NCBI RefSeq assembly: GCF_009834535.1
Contig: NC_045697.1
Span: forward strand, 119,228,001 to 119,292,000
Length of the DNA: 64,000 bases
Reading direction: 5' to 3'
Origin: Camelus ferus
Lineage: Eukaryota
Part shown: positions 39,401 to 53,794 of the stretch, in pieces
Position numbering within the stretch: the first letter of the stretch is position 1
How the letters are laid out: the number at the start of each line of letters is the position of its first letter
The notes under the pieces: generated by a model
Seen by the model: only the letters and a program-made list of their open reading frames with translations
Told to the model about the DNA's origin: nothing
Databases searched by the model: none
Made by a program: the position numbers and the translations under genes

Positions 39401-42400
39401 TGCAAACCGTTTCCTTTGTGCTAGATGAAAGAATTTCTCTCCGCAAGCTCAGTTCTGAGGGATAAGTATGTGTGAATGCCGTCCTTCACCTAGCTTGTTG
39501 GGAACACAAAGTTCCTTTTCAGTTGCAAACTCCACTCCATACTTATATAAGGGGTGGTAATAACTCCAACTCGGTTTTACAGTGAAAAATGCAGGAACTT
39601 CAAAACGGCACTAGGAAACAGACTGAGAAACCAGAGTAAAAGTTTCTCCTGCAATCCGTTCTTTGTGCTAGAAGAACAAAAGTCTCTCCACATGCTCAGT
39701 TCTGAGAGATAAGTTTGTGTGAAAGCCGTCCTTTACCTAGCTTGTTGGGAACACAAAGTTTCTTTCAGGTGCAAACTCCAATCCATAAATTTATGTGGTA
39801 GTTACAAGCTAAAACTCGGTTTTACAGTGAAAACTGCAGGTACTTTAAACCGGCAAAAGGAAACAGACTGAGAAAACAGCGTAAAAATTTCTCCTGCCAA
39901 CCGTTCCCTTTGCGCTAGAAGAACGAACGTCTCTCCACATGCTCAGTTCTGAGAGATAAGTGTGTGTGAAAGACGTACTTCACCTAGCTTTTTGGGAAAA
40001 CAAACTTTTTTTTCAGGTGCACACTCCAATACATAAATATATATGGGTAGATACTAGCTCCAACACGATTTTACAGTGAAACCTGCAGAAAATTCAAACC
40101 GGCACTAGGAAACAGACTGAGAAACCAGAGAAATAGTTTCTCCTGCAACCCGTTCATTTTGTGCTAGATGAACGAACGTCTATCCACATGCTGAGATCTG
40201 AGAAATAAGTGTGTGTGAATGCCGTCCTTCACCTCGTTTGTTGGGAACACAAACTATATTTTCAGTTGTAAACTCCAATCCATACATATATATGGGGAGG
40301 TACTAGATCCAAATCTGTTTTACAGTGAAAACTTCAGGTACTTCATACCGGCATTAGGAAACAGTCTGAGAAACCAGAGTAAAAATTTCTCCTGCAAACC
40401 GTTCCAATTGTGCTAGATGAACGAACGTCTCTCCACATGCTCAGTTCGGAGAGATAAGTGTGCGTGAAAGCCGTCCTTCACCTAGCTTGTTGGGAATACA
40501 AAGTTTCTTTTCATTTGCAAACACCAATCCATAAATATATATGGGGAGTACAAGCTCCAACTCGGTATTTAAGTGAAAACTGCAGGAAATTTAAACCGGC
40601 ACTAGGAAACATACCGAGAAACCAGAGAAAAACTTTCACCTGCAACCCGTTCACTTTGTTCTGATGACTGAACGTCCCTCCACATGCTGAGTTCTGAGAG
40701 ATAGGTTTGTGTGAAAGCCGTCCTCCACCGAGCTTGTTGGGAACACAAAGTTTATTTTAAGATGCAAACTCCACTCCATACATATATATGTAGAGGTATT
40801 AGCTCCAACTGTGTTTTACAGTGAAAACTGCAGGAACATATAACCGGCACTAGGAAACAGACTGAGAAACCACAGTAAAAGATTCTTCTGCAAACATTTC
40901 CCTTTGTGCTAGATGAAAGAACGTCTCTCCACATGCTCAGTTCTGAGAGATAAGTGTGTGTGAAAGCCGTCTTTCACCTAGCTTGTTGGGAACACAAAGA
41001 TCCTTTTTAGTTGCAAACTCCAATCCATACATATATAAGGGGAGGTACAAGCTCCAAATGGGTTTTACACTGAAAATTGCAGGAACTTCAAAACGATACA
41101 AGTAACAGACTGGGCAACCAAATTAAAAGATTCTCCTGCATCCCGTTCACTTTGTGTTAGATGAACAAACGTCTCTCCATATGCCCAGTTCTGAGAGATA
41201 AATGTGTGTGAAAGCCGTCCTTCAACTAGCTTGTTGAGAACACAAAGTGTATTTAGAGTTGCAAACACCAAACCATATATATATATGGGGAGGTACTAGC
41301 TCCAAATTTATTTACAGTGACAACTGCAGGAACATCAAACCAGCACTAGGTAACACAATGAGATAGCAGTGTAAAAGTTTCTCCTGCAACACGTTCCCTT
41401 TGTGCTAGATGAACGAACGTCTCTCCACATGATCAGTTCAGATATAAGTGTGTGTGAAAGCCATAAATCATCTAGCTTGTTGGGAACACAAAGTTTCATT
41501 TCAGTTGCAAACCAATCTCCATACATATATATGGGGTGGTACTAGTTCCAACTCGATTTTACAGTGAAATCTGCAGGAACTTCAAACCGGCACTAGGAAA
41601 CAGACTGAAAACTAGAGTAAAAGTTTCTCCTGCAAACCCCTCCATTTGTGCAAAATGAACGAACGTCTCTCTATATGCTCAGATCTGAGAGATATGTGTG
41701 TGTGAAAGCCGTCCTTCATCTAGCTTGTTGGGAACACAAAGTTTCTTTTCAGTTGCTAACTCCACTCCATACTTATATATGTGGTGGTACTAGCTCCAAC
41801 TCGATTTTACAGTGATAACTGCAGGAACTTCAAACCGGCACTGGGAAACACACTGAGAAACCAGAGTAAAAGTTTCTCCTGCAACCAGTTCCTTTTGTTC
41901 TAGATGAACGAACGTCTCTCCACATGCTAAATTCTGAGAGATACGTGTGTGTGAAAGCCATCCTTCACCGAGCTTGTTGGGAACACAAAGATTCTTTTCA
42001 GTTGCAAGCCCCTCTCCATACGTATATATCGGGAGGTACTAGCTCCAACTCGGTTTTACAGTGAAATCTGCAGGAACTTCAAAACGGCACTAGGAAACAG
42101 ACTTAGAAACCAGAGTAAAAATTTCTCCTGCTACCCATTCCCTTTGTGCTAGATGAACGAACATCTCTCCACATGCTCAGTTCTGACAGATAAGTGTGTG
42201 TAAAAGCCGTTGTTCACGTAGTGTGTTGGGAACACAAAGTTTCTTTTCAGCTGTAAACTTCAGTCAATACTTATACATGGGTAGGTACTAGTTCCAACTC
42301 GGTTTTACAGTGAAAACTGCAGGATCTTCAAAACGGCAATAGGAAACAGACTGAGAATCCAAAGAAAAAGTTTCTCCTGCAACCCGTTCCCTTGGTGCTA

Positions 42401-45400
42401 GATGAAAGAATGTCTCTCCAATAGCTGAGTTCTGAGAGAAAATTGTGTGTGAAAGCCGTACTTAACCTAGCTTGTTGGGAACACAATGTTTCTTTTCAGG
42501 TGCAATCTCCACCCATACATATATATGGGGATGTACTAGTTCCAAATCGAATTTACAGTGAAAACTGCAGGAACTTCAAACCGGCACTAGGAAACAGACT
42601 GAGAAACCAGAGTAAAAGTTTCTCCTGCAACACATTCCCTTGGTGCTAGATGAAAGATCGACACTCCACATGCTCAGTTCTGAGAGATAATTGTGTGTGA
42701 AAGCCTTACTTCACTTGGCTTGTAGGGAACACAAAGTTTCTTTTCAGGTGTAAACTCCAATCCATACATATATATGGGGAGGTACTAGTTCAAACCATGT
42801 TTTACAGCGAAAACTGCAGGATCTTCAAACCGGCACTAGGAAACAGACTGATAAACCAGAGAAAAAGTTTCTCCTGCAACCCGTTCCTTTTGTTCTAGAT
42901 GAAAGAAACTCTCTCCAATTGCTCAGTTCTGAGAAATAAGTGTGTGTTAAAGCCGTCCTTCACATAGCTTGTTGGGAACACAAAGTTTCTTTTCAGTTCA
43001 ATCTCCACTTCATACATATATATGGGGAGGTACTAGATCAAACTCTGTTTTACAGTGAAAACTGCAGGAACTTCAATCCAGCCCTAGGAAACAGACTGAG
43101 AAGACAGAGTAAAAGTTTCAATTGCATCCGTTTCCCTTGGTGTTAGATGAACGAACGTATCCCCATATGGTCTGTTCTAGAGATAAGTGTGTATGAAATC
43201 CTTCCTTCACCTAGCTTGTTGTGAACACAAGGTTTCTTTTAAGTTGCAAACTCCAATCCATAATATATATGGGGAGGTACTAGCTCCAAATCGGTTTTAC
43301 AGTGAAAACTGCAGGAAATTCAAACCGGCACTAGGAAACAGACTGAGAAACCAGAGTAAAAGTTTCTCCTGCAAACTGTTCCCATCGTGCTAGATGAATG
43401 AACGTCTCTCCACATGCTCATTTCTGAGAGATACGTGTGTGTGAAGCCGTCCTTCACCTATCTTGTTGGGATCACAATGTTTCTTTTAAAATGAAAACAC
43501 CACTCCATATATGTATATGTGTAGGTACTAGCTCCAACTGAGTTTTACAGTGAATAATGCAGGAACTTCAAACGGGCACTAGGAAACAGACTGAGAAACC
43601 ACAGTAAAACTTTCTCCTGCAACCCGTTCCCTTTGTGCTAGTTGAACGAACGTCTATCCACATGCTCAGTTCTGAGAGATAAGTGTGTGTGAAAGCCGTC
43701 CTTCACCTAGCTTATTGGGAACACATAGTTTATTTTCAGTTGCAAAATCCAATCCATACATATATAAGGGAAGTACTAGCTCCAACTCGATTTTACTGTG
43801 AATCTGCAGGAACTTCAAACCGGCACTAGGAAACAGTCTGAAAACCAAAGTAAAAGATACGCCTGCAAACCATTCCCTTTGTGCTAGATGAACGAACGTC
43901 TCTCCGCATGCTCAGATCTGAGAGATAAGTGTGTGTGAAAGCCGTCCTTCACATAGCATGTGGCAACACAAAGTTTCTTTTCAGTTGCACACTCCACCCC
44001 ATACATATATATGGGTAGGTACAAGCTCCAAATCGGTATTACAGTGATAATTGCAGGAACTTCAAACCGGCACTGGAAACACACTGAGAAACCAGAGTAA
44101 AAGTTTCTCCTGACAACCGTTCAATGTTTGCTAGATGAACGATCGTCTCTCCACATGCTCAGTTCTGAGAGATATGTGTGTGTGAAGCCGTCCTTCACAT
44201 AGCTTGTTGGGAACACAAAGATTCTTTTCAGTTGCAAAATCCACTCCATACATATATAAGGGAGGTACTAGCTCCAAATCGGTTTTACATTTAAAACTGC
44301 AGGAATTTTATACCGGAACCAGGAAACAGACTGAGAAACCAGAGTAAAAGTTTCTCCTGCAACCAGTTCCCTTTGTGCTAGGTGAACGAACGTCTCTACA
44401 CATGCTCATTTCGGAGATGTAAATGTGTGTGAAAGCCGTAGTTCACTTATATTTTTGGGAACACAAAATTTCTTTTCAGTTGCAAACACCAATCCATACA
44501 TATATATAGGGAGGTAATAGTTCCAACTCGATTTTACAGTGAATCTGCAGGAACTTAAAACCGGCACTAGGAAACAGACTGAAAACCAGAGTAAAAGTTT
44601 CTCCTGAAACCGGTTCACTTTGTGATACATGAACAAACGTCTCTCCACATGATCAGTTCTGAGAGATAAGTGTGTGTGAAAGCCGTACTTCACCTAGCTT
44701 GTTGGGAACACAAGTTTCTTTTCAGGAGCAAACACCACTCCATATATATATATGGGGTGGTATTAGCTCCAACTCAGTTTGACTGTGTAAAATGCAGGAA
44801 CTTCAAATTGGCACTAGGAAATATACTGAGAAACCAGAGAAATAGTTTCTCCGGCCACCCGATTCCTTTGTGCTAGATGAACGAACGTCTCTCCACGTGC
44901 TCAGTTCTGAGAGATAATTATGTGTGAAAGCCGTACTTCACATAGCTTTTTGGGAACACAAAGTTTCTTTTCAGGTGCCAACCCCAATCCATAAATATAT
45001 ATGGTGTGGTACTAACTCCAAATCGGTTTTACAGTGAAAACTGCAGGAATTTTATCCCGGAACCAGAAACCAGACTGAGAAACCAGAATAAAAGTTTCTC
45101 ATGCTACCCGTTCCCTTTGTGCTAGATGAACGAACGTATCTCCACATGCTCAGTTCTGAGAGATTAGTGTGTCTGAAAGCCGTCCTTAACCTAGCTTGTT
45201 GGGAACACAATGTCTCTTTTCAGGTGCAAAATCCACCCATACATATATATGGGGATGTACTAGTTCCAAATCGATTTTACAGTGAAAACTGCAGGAACTT
45301 CCAACCGGCACTAGGAAACAGACTGAGAAATCAGATTAAAAATTTCTCCTGAAACCGTTCTTTTTCTGCTAGATGAATGAATGTCTCTCCACATACTCAG

Positions 45401-47882
45401 TTCTGAGAGATAAGTGTGTGTGAAAGCCGTCCTTCACCGAGCTTGTTGGGAACACATAGTTTTTTTTAAGTTGCAAACACCAATCCATACATATATATGT
45501 GGAGGTATTAGCTCCAACTGTGGTTTACAGTGAAAACTGCAGGAACTTAAACCCGGCACTAGGAAACAGACTGAGAATCCACAGTAAAAGTTTCTCCTGC
45601 AACCCGTTCCATTTGTGCTAGATGAACGAAAGTCTCTCCACATGCTCAGTTCTGAGTGATATTTTTGTGTGAAAGCCTTCCTTCACCTAGCTTGTTGGGA
45701 ACACAAAGTTTGTTTTCAGGTGCAAACTCCACAAAATACGTATATACGGTGAGAAACTAGCTCCAAACTGTTTTTACAGTAAAACTGCAGGAACTTCAAA
45801 CCGCCACTACGAAACAGAATGAGAATCCAGAGTAAAAGTTTCTCCTGCAAACAGTTCACTTTGTGCTAGATGAACGAACGTCTCTCCACATGTTCAGTTC
45901 TGAGAGATAATTATGTGTGAAAGCCGTCCTTCACCTAGCTTGTTGGGAACACAAAGTTTCTTTTTACTTTCAAACTCCACTCCATAGATATATATGGGGT
46001 GGTACTAGTTCCAACTCTGATTTACAGTGAAAATTGGAGGAACTTCAAAATGGCACAAATAACAGACTGTGCAACAAGAGTAAAAGATTCTCCTGCATCC
46101 CGTTCACTTTGTGTTAGATGAACGAAAGTCTCTCCACATGCTCAGTTCTGAGAGATATGTGTGTGTGAAAGCCGTCCTTCACCTAGGTTGTTGAGAACAC
46201 ACAGTTACCTTTGAGTTGCAAACTCCAATCCATATACATATATGGGCAGGAACTAGCTCCAAATTTTGTTACAGTGAAATCTGCAGGAACATCAAATCGG
46301 CACTAGGTAACAGACTGAGATTGCAGAGTAAAAGTTTCTCCTGCAACCCTTTCCCTTTGTGCTAGATGAACGAACGTCTCTCCAAATGATCAGTTCTGAG
46401 AGATAAGTGTGTGTGAAAGCCGTCCTTAACCTAGCTTGTTGGGAAAACAATGTCTCTTTTCAGGTGCAAAATCCACCCATACATATATATGGGGATGTAC
46501 TAGTTCCAAATCGATTTTACAGTGAAAACTGCAGGAACTTCAAACCGAAACTAGGAAACAGACTGAGATACCAGAGTAAAATTTTCACCTGCAACCCGTT
46601 CCCTTGGTTCTAGATGAACGAACATCTCTCCACATTTTCAGTTCAGAGAGATATTTGTGAGTTAAAGCCGTCTTTCAACTCTCTTGTTGGGAACACAAAG
46701 TTTCTTTTCAGGTGCCAACTACACTCCATAAAAATATATGGGTTGTTACAAGCTCCAACTCGTTTTTAATGTGAAAACTGCACGAGCTTCAAACCGGCAC
46801 TAGGAAACAGACTGAGAAACCAGAGTAAAAGTTTCTCCTGCAACACATTCCTTTGGTGCTAGATGAAAGATCGACACTCCACATGCTCAGTTCTGGGAGA
46901 TAATTGTGTGTGAAAGCCGTCCTTCACATAGCTTGTTGGGAACACATAGTTTCTTTTCAGGTGCAAACTCCAATCCATACATATGTATGGAAAGGCACTA
47001 GCTCCAAATCTGTTTTACAGTGAAAACTGCAGGAACTTCAAACCGGCACTAGGAAACAGACTGAGAAACCAGAGTAAATGTATCTCCTGCAAACCATTCC
47101 TTGGTGCTAGATGAACGAAAATATCTCCACATGCTCATTTCTTAGAGATAAGTGTGTGTGAAAGCCTTCCTTCACTTGGCTTGTAGGGAACACAAAGTTT
47201 CTTTTCAGGTGTAAACTCCAATCCATACATATATATGGGGAGGTACTAGCTCAAACCATGTTTTACAGTGAAAAGTGCAGGATCTTCAAACCGGCACTAG
47301 GAAACAGACTTATAAACCAGAGTAAAAGTTTCTCCTGCAACCCGTTCCTTTTGTTCTAGATGAAAGAAACTCTCTCCAATTGTTCAGTTCTGAGATATAA
47401 GTGTGTGTTAAAGCCGTCCTTCACATAGCTTGTTGGGAACACAAAGTTTCTTTTCAGTTCAATCTCCACTCCATACATATATATGGGGAGGTACTAGATC
47501 CAACTCGGTTTTACAGTGAAAACTGCAGGAACTTCAATCCAGCCCTGGGAAACAGACTGAGAAGACAGAGTAAAAGTTTCAATTGAATCCCTTTCCCTTG
47601 ATATTAGATGAACGAACATATCTCCATATGCTCTGTTCTAGAGATAAGTGTGTGTGAAAGCCTTCCTTCACCTAGCTTGTTGGGAAAACAAACTTTATTT
47701 TTAGTTGTAAACTCCAATCCATACATATATATGGGGTGGTACTAGATCCAAATCTGTTTTACAGTGAAAACTTCAGGTACTTCAAACAGGCATTAGAAAA
47801 CAGTCTGAGACCCTGTGTGAAAATTTCCCCTGCAATACGTTCCCTTTGTTCTAAATGAACGAACGTCTCTACACATGCTCAG

Positions 47883-48875
47883 TTCTGAGAGATAAGTGTG
47901 TGTGAAAGCCGCACTTCAAATAGCTTTTTGGGAACAGAAAAAATTTTTCAGTTGCTAACACCAATCCATACATACATATGGGGTGGTTCATGCTCGTAAT
48001 CGGTTTCACAGGGAAAACGGCAGGAACTTCAAACCGGAACTAGGAAACAGACTGAGAAACCAGAGTAAAAATATCTCCTGCAAACCGTTATATTTGTGCT
48101 AGATGAACGAACTTCTCTCCACATGCTCAGTTCTGAGAGATAAGTGTGCGTGACAGCCGTCCTTCACCTAGCTTGTTGGGAATACAAAGTTTCTTTTCAT
48201 TTGCAAACACCAATCCATAAATATATATGGGGAGTACTAGTTCCAACTCGGTTTTACAGTGAAAACTGAAGGAACTTCAAAACGGCACTAGAAAACAGAC
48301 TGAGAAACCAGAGTTAAAATTTCCCCTGCAACACGTTCCCTTTGTGCTAGATGAACGAACGTCTCTCCACATGCTCAGTTCTGAGAGATAAGTGTGTGTG
48401 AAAGCCGTACTTCACGTAGCTTGTTGGGAAAAGAAAAATTTTTTCAGTTGCTAACACCAATCCATACATATATATGGGGAGGTTCATGCTCAAAAACTGT
48501 TTCACAGTGAAAACGGCAGGAACTTCAAACCGGAACTAGGAAACAGACTGAGAAACCAGAGTAAAAATTTCTCCTGCAACCAGTTCTATTTGTGCTAGAT
48601 GAACGAAAGTCTCTCCACATGATCAATTCTGAGAGATAAGTGTGCGTGAAAGCCATAATTCACATAGCTTGTTGGGAATAAAAAGTTTCTTTTCATTTGC
48701 AAACTCCAATCCATAAATATATATGGGGAGTACTAGCTCCAACTTGGTTTTACAGTGAAAAATACAGGAACTTCAAAACGACACTAGGAAACAGACTGAG
48801 AAACCAGAGAATAAGTATCACCTGCAACACGTTCCCTTGGTGCTAGATGAACGAACGTCTCTCCACATGCTCAGT
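47883..48875. repeat. Local dimer (2-monomer, ~496 bp) repeat
   Basis: A GTTGCTAACACC/GGTTCATGCTC/TTTCACAG/AAACGGCAGG monomer alternates with a GTGTGCGTG/GGGAATA/TTTCATTTGC monomer at ~47883, 48131, 48379 and 48627. The pair recurs at ~49621-50115. Confidence 0.75.
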
Positions 48876-49838
48876 TCTGAGAGATAAGTGTGTGTGAAAG
48901 CAGTCCTTCACCTAGCTTGTTGGGAACACAAAGTTTCTTTTCAGGTGTAAACTCCAATCCATACATATATATGGGGAAGTACTAGCTCCAAATCAGTTTT
49001 ACAGTGAAAACTGCAGGATCTTCAAACCAGCACTAGGAAACAGACTGATAAACCACAGTAAATGTTTCTCCAGCAAACCAATCCTTTTGTGCTAGATGAA
49101 AGAAACTCTCTCCAATTGTTCAGTTCTGAGAAATAAGTGTGTGTTAAAGCCGTACTTAACATAGCTTGTTGGGAACACAAAGTTTGTTTTCAGTTGCAAA
49201 CTCCACTCCATACATATATATGGGGAGGTACTAGCTCCAACTCGGTTTTACTGTGAAACCTGCAGGAACTTCAAACCGGCACTAGGAAACAGACTGAGAA
49301 ACAAGAGAAACAGTTTCTCCTGCAACACGTACACTTTGTGCTAGATGAACGAATGTCTCTTCACCTGCTCAGTTCTGAGAAATAATTGTGTGTGAAACCG
49401 TCCTTCACCAAGCTTGTTGGGAACACAAAGATTCTTTTCATTTGCAAACGCCACTCCATACATATATATGTGGATATAATATATCCAACTCGGTTTTACA
49501 CTGAAAACTGCAGGAACTTCAAACCGGCACTAGGAAACCGACTGAGATACCAGAGTAAAAATTTCCCCTGCAACACGTTCCCTTTGTGTTGGATGAACGA
49601 ACGTCTCTCCACATGCTCAGTTCTGAGGGATAAGTTTTTGTGAAAGCCGTACTTCAAGTAGCTTCTTGGGAACAGAAAAATTTTTTCAGTTGCTAACACC
49701 AATCCATACGTATATATGGGGAGGTTCATGCTCGAAATCGGTTTCACAGGGAAAACGGCAGGAACTTCAAACCGGATCTAGGAATCAGACTGAGAAACCA
49801 GAGTAAAAATTTCTCCTGCAACCAGTTCCATTTGTGCT

Positions 49839-52800
49839 AGATGAACGAACGTCTCTCCACATGCTCAGTTCTGAGAGATAAGTGTGCGTGAAAGCCGTCC
49901 TTCACCTAGCTTGTTGGGAATACAAAGTTTCTTTTCATTTGCAAACACCAATCCATAAATATATATGGGGAGTACTAGCTCCAACTCGGTTTTACAGTGA
50001 AAACTGCAGGAAATTCAAACAGGCACTATGAATCAGACTGAGAAACCAGAGTAAAAATTTCCCCTGAAACACGTTCCCTTTGTTCTAGATGAACGAACGT
50101 CTCTCCACATGCTCAGTTCTGGGAGATAATTGTGTGTGAATGCCGTCCTTCAACTAGCTTTTTGGGAACACAAAGATTCTTTTCAGTTGCAAACACCAAT
50201 ACATATATATATATGGGGAAGTACCAACTCCAACTCAGTTTTACAGAGAAAACTGCAGGAATTTCATACCAGAATTAGGAAACAGACTGAGAAACCAGAG
50301 AAAAATTTCTCCTGCAACACGTTCCCTTTGTGATAGATGAACGAACATCTCCCCACATGCTCAGTTCTGAGAGATAATTGTGTGTGAAAGCCGTCCTTCA
50401 TATAACTTGTTTGGAACACAAAGTTTCTTTTCAGTTGCAAACTCCAATCCATACATATTTATAGGGTGGTACTAGCTAAAATTCGATTTAACAGTGATTC
50501 TGCAGGAACTTCAAACCGGCACTAGGAAACAAACTGAAAACTAGAGTAAAAGTTTCTCCTGCAAACCACGTCATTTGTCCTAGATGAACGAACGTCTCTC
50601 CACATGCTGAGTTCTTAGAGATACGTTTGTGTGAAAGCCGTCCTCCACCGAGCTTGTTGGGAACACAAAGTTTCTTTTAAGATGCAAACTCCACTCCATA
50701 CATATATATGTGGAGGTATTAGCTCCAACTGTGTTTTACAGTGAAAACTGCAGGAACATAAAACCGGCACTAGGAAACAGACTGAGAAACCACAGTAAAA
50801 GATTCTTCTGCAAACAGTTCCCTTTGTGCTAAATGAAAGAACGTCTCTCCACATGCTCAGTTCTGAGAGATAAGTGTGTGTGAAAGCCGTCTTTCACCTA
50901 GCTTGTTGGGAACACAAAGATTCTTTTCAGTTGCAAACTCCAATCCATACATATATAAGGGGAGGTACAAGCTCCAAATGGGTTTTACACTGAAAATTGC
51001 AGGAACTTCAAAACGGAAGAACTAACAGACTGGGCAACCAAAGTAAAAGATTCTCCTGCATCCCGTTCACTTTGTGTTAGATGAACAAACGTCTCTCCAT
51101 ATGCCCAGTTCTGAGAGATAAATGTGTGTGAAAGCCGTCCTTCAACTAGCTTTTTGAGAACACAAAGTGTATTTAGAGTTGCAAACTCTAATCCATATAT
51201 ATATATGGGGAGGTACTAGCTCCAAATTTATTTACAGTGAAAACTGCAGGAACATCAAACCGGCACTAGGTAACACACTGAGATAGCAGAGTAAAAGTTT
51301 CTCCTGCAACAAGTTCCCTTTGTGCTAGATGAACGAACGTCTCTCCGCATGATCAGTTCAGAGATAAGTGTGTGTGAAAGCCGTCCTTCATCTAGCTTGT
51401 TGGGAACACAAAGTTTCATTTCAGTTGCAAACCCATCTCCATACATATATATGGGGTGGTACTAGTTCCAACTCGATTTTACAGTGAAATCTGCAGGAAC
51501 TTCAAACCGGCACTAGGAAACAGACTGAAAACTAGAGTAAAAGTTTCTCCTGCAAACCCCTCCATTTGTGCAAAATGAACGAACGTCTCTCCATATGCTC
51601 AGATCTGAGAGATATGTGTGTGTGAAAGCCGTCCTTCATTTTCTTGTTGGGAACACAAAGTTTCTTTTCAGTTGCTAACTCCACTCCATAATTATATATG
51701 TGGTGGTTCTAGCTCCAACTCGATTTTACAGTGATAACTGCAGGAACTTCAAACCGGCACTGGGAAACACACTGAGAAACCAGAGTAAAAGTTTCTCCTG
51801 CAACGAGTTCCTTTCGTTCTAGATGAACGAACGTCTCTCCACATGCTCAGTTCTGAGAGATAAGTGTGCGTGAAAGCCGTCCTTCACCTAGCTTGTTGGG
51901 AATACAAAGTTTCTTTTCATTTGCAAACACCAATCCATAAATATATATGGGGAGTACTAGCTCCAACTCGGTTTTACAGTGAAAACTGCAGGAAATTCAA
52001 ACAGGCACTATGAATCAGACTGAGAAACCAGAGTAAAAATTTCCCCTGAAACACGTTCCCTTTGTTCTAGATGAACGAACGTCTCTCCACATGCTCAGTT
52101 CTGGGAGATAAGTGTGTGTGAATGCCGTCCTTCAACTAGCTTTTTGGGAACACAAAGATTCTTTTCAGTTGCAAACACCAATACATATATATATATGGGG
52201 AAGTACCAACTCCAACTCAGTTTTACAGAGAAACTGCAGGAATTTCATACCAGAATTAGGAAACAGACTGAGAAACCAGAGAAAAATTTCTCCTGCAACA
52301 CGTTCCCTTTGTGATAGATGACGAACATCTCCCCACATGCTCAGTTCTGAGAGATAATTGTGTGTGAAAGCCGTCCTTCATATAACTTGTTTGGAACACA
52401 AAGTTTCTTTTCAGTTGCAAACTCCAATCCATACATATTTATAGGGTGGTACTAGCTAAAATTCGATTTAACAGTGATTCTGCAGGAACTTCAAACCGGC
52501 ACTAGGAAACAAACTGAAAACTAGAGTAAAAGTTTCTCCTGCAAACCACGTCATTTGTCCTAGATGAACGAACGTCTCTCCACATGCTGAGTTCTTAGAG
52601 ATACGTTTGTGTGAAAGCCGTCCTCCACCGAGCTTGTTGGGAACACAAAGTTTCTTTTAAGATGCAAACTCCACTCCATACATATATATGTGGAGGTATT
52701 AGCTCCAACTGTGTTTTACAGTGAAACTGCAGGAACATAAAACCGGCACTAGGAAACAGACTGAGAAACCACAGTAAAAGATTCTTCTGCAAACAGTTCC

Positions 52801-53794
52801 CTTTGTGCTAAATGAAAGAACGTCTCTCCACATGCTCAGTTCTGAGAGATAAGTGTGTGTGAAGCCGTCTTCACCTAGCTTGTTGGGAACACAAAGATTC
52901 TTTTCAGTTGCAACTCCAATCCATACATATATAAGGGGAGGTACAAGCTCCAAATGGGTTTTACACTGAAAATTGCAGGAACTTCAAAACGGAAGAACTA
53001 ACAGACTGGGCAACCAAAGTAAAAGATTCTCCTGCATCCCGTTCACTTTGTGTTAGATGAACAAACGTCTCTCCATATGCCCAGTTCTGAGAGATAAATG
53101 TGTGTGAAAGCCGTCCTTCAACTAGCTTTTGAGAACACAAAGTGTATTTAGAGTTGCAAACTCTAATCCATATATTATATATGGGGAGGTACTAGCTCCA
53201 AATTTATTTACAGTGAAAACTGCAGGAACATCAACCGGCACTAGGTAACACACTGAGATAGCAGAGTAAAAGTTTCTCCTGCAACAAGTTCCCTTTGTGC
53301 TAGATGAACGAACGTCTCTCCGCATGATCAGTTCAGAGATAAGTGTGTGTGAAAGCCGTCCTTCATCTAGCTTGTTGGGACACAAAGTTTCATTCAGTTT
53401 GCAAACCCATCTCCATACATATATATGGGGTGGTACTAGTTCCAACTCGATTTACAGTGAAATCTGCAGGAAACTTCAAACCGCACTAGGAAACAGACTG
53501 AAAACTAGAGTAAAAGTTTCTCCTGCAAACCCCTCCATTTGTGCAAAATGAACGAACGTCTCTCCATATGCTCAGATCTGAGAGATATGTGTGTGTGAAA
53601 GCCGTCCTTCATCTTTCTTGTTGGGAACACAAAGTTTCTTTTCAGTTGCTAACTCCACTCCATAATTATATATGTGGTGGTTCTAGCTCCAACTCGATTT
53701 TACAGTGATAACTGCAGGAACTTCAAACCGGCACTGGGAAACACACTGAGAAACCAGAGTAAAAGTTTCTCCTGCAACGAGTTCCTTTTGTTCT
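49839..53794. repeat. Near-identical tandem duplication of an 8-monomer block (1982 bp; second copy ~1974 bp)
   Basis: 49839-51820 versus 51821-53794; paired ORFs 50130/52112; private variants CAGGCACTATGAATCAG, AAACGGAAGAACTAAC and CAACGAGTTCC. The second copy differs mostly by single-base indels. Confidence 0.9.

Noticed and set aside
48503..48530. V(D)J recombination-signal-like CACAGTG + 12 nt + ACTTCAAAC
   Set aside because: The consensus has TACAGTG, lacking the essential CAC. The perfect heptamer is a sporadic variant, the nonamer matches ACAAAAACC at only 5 of 9 positions, and there are no V/J segments.
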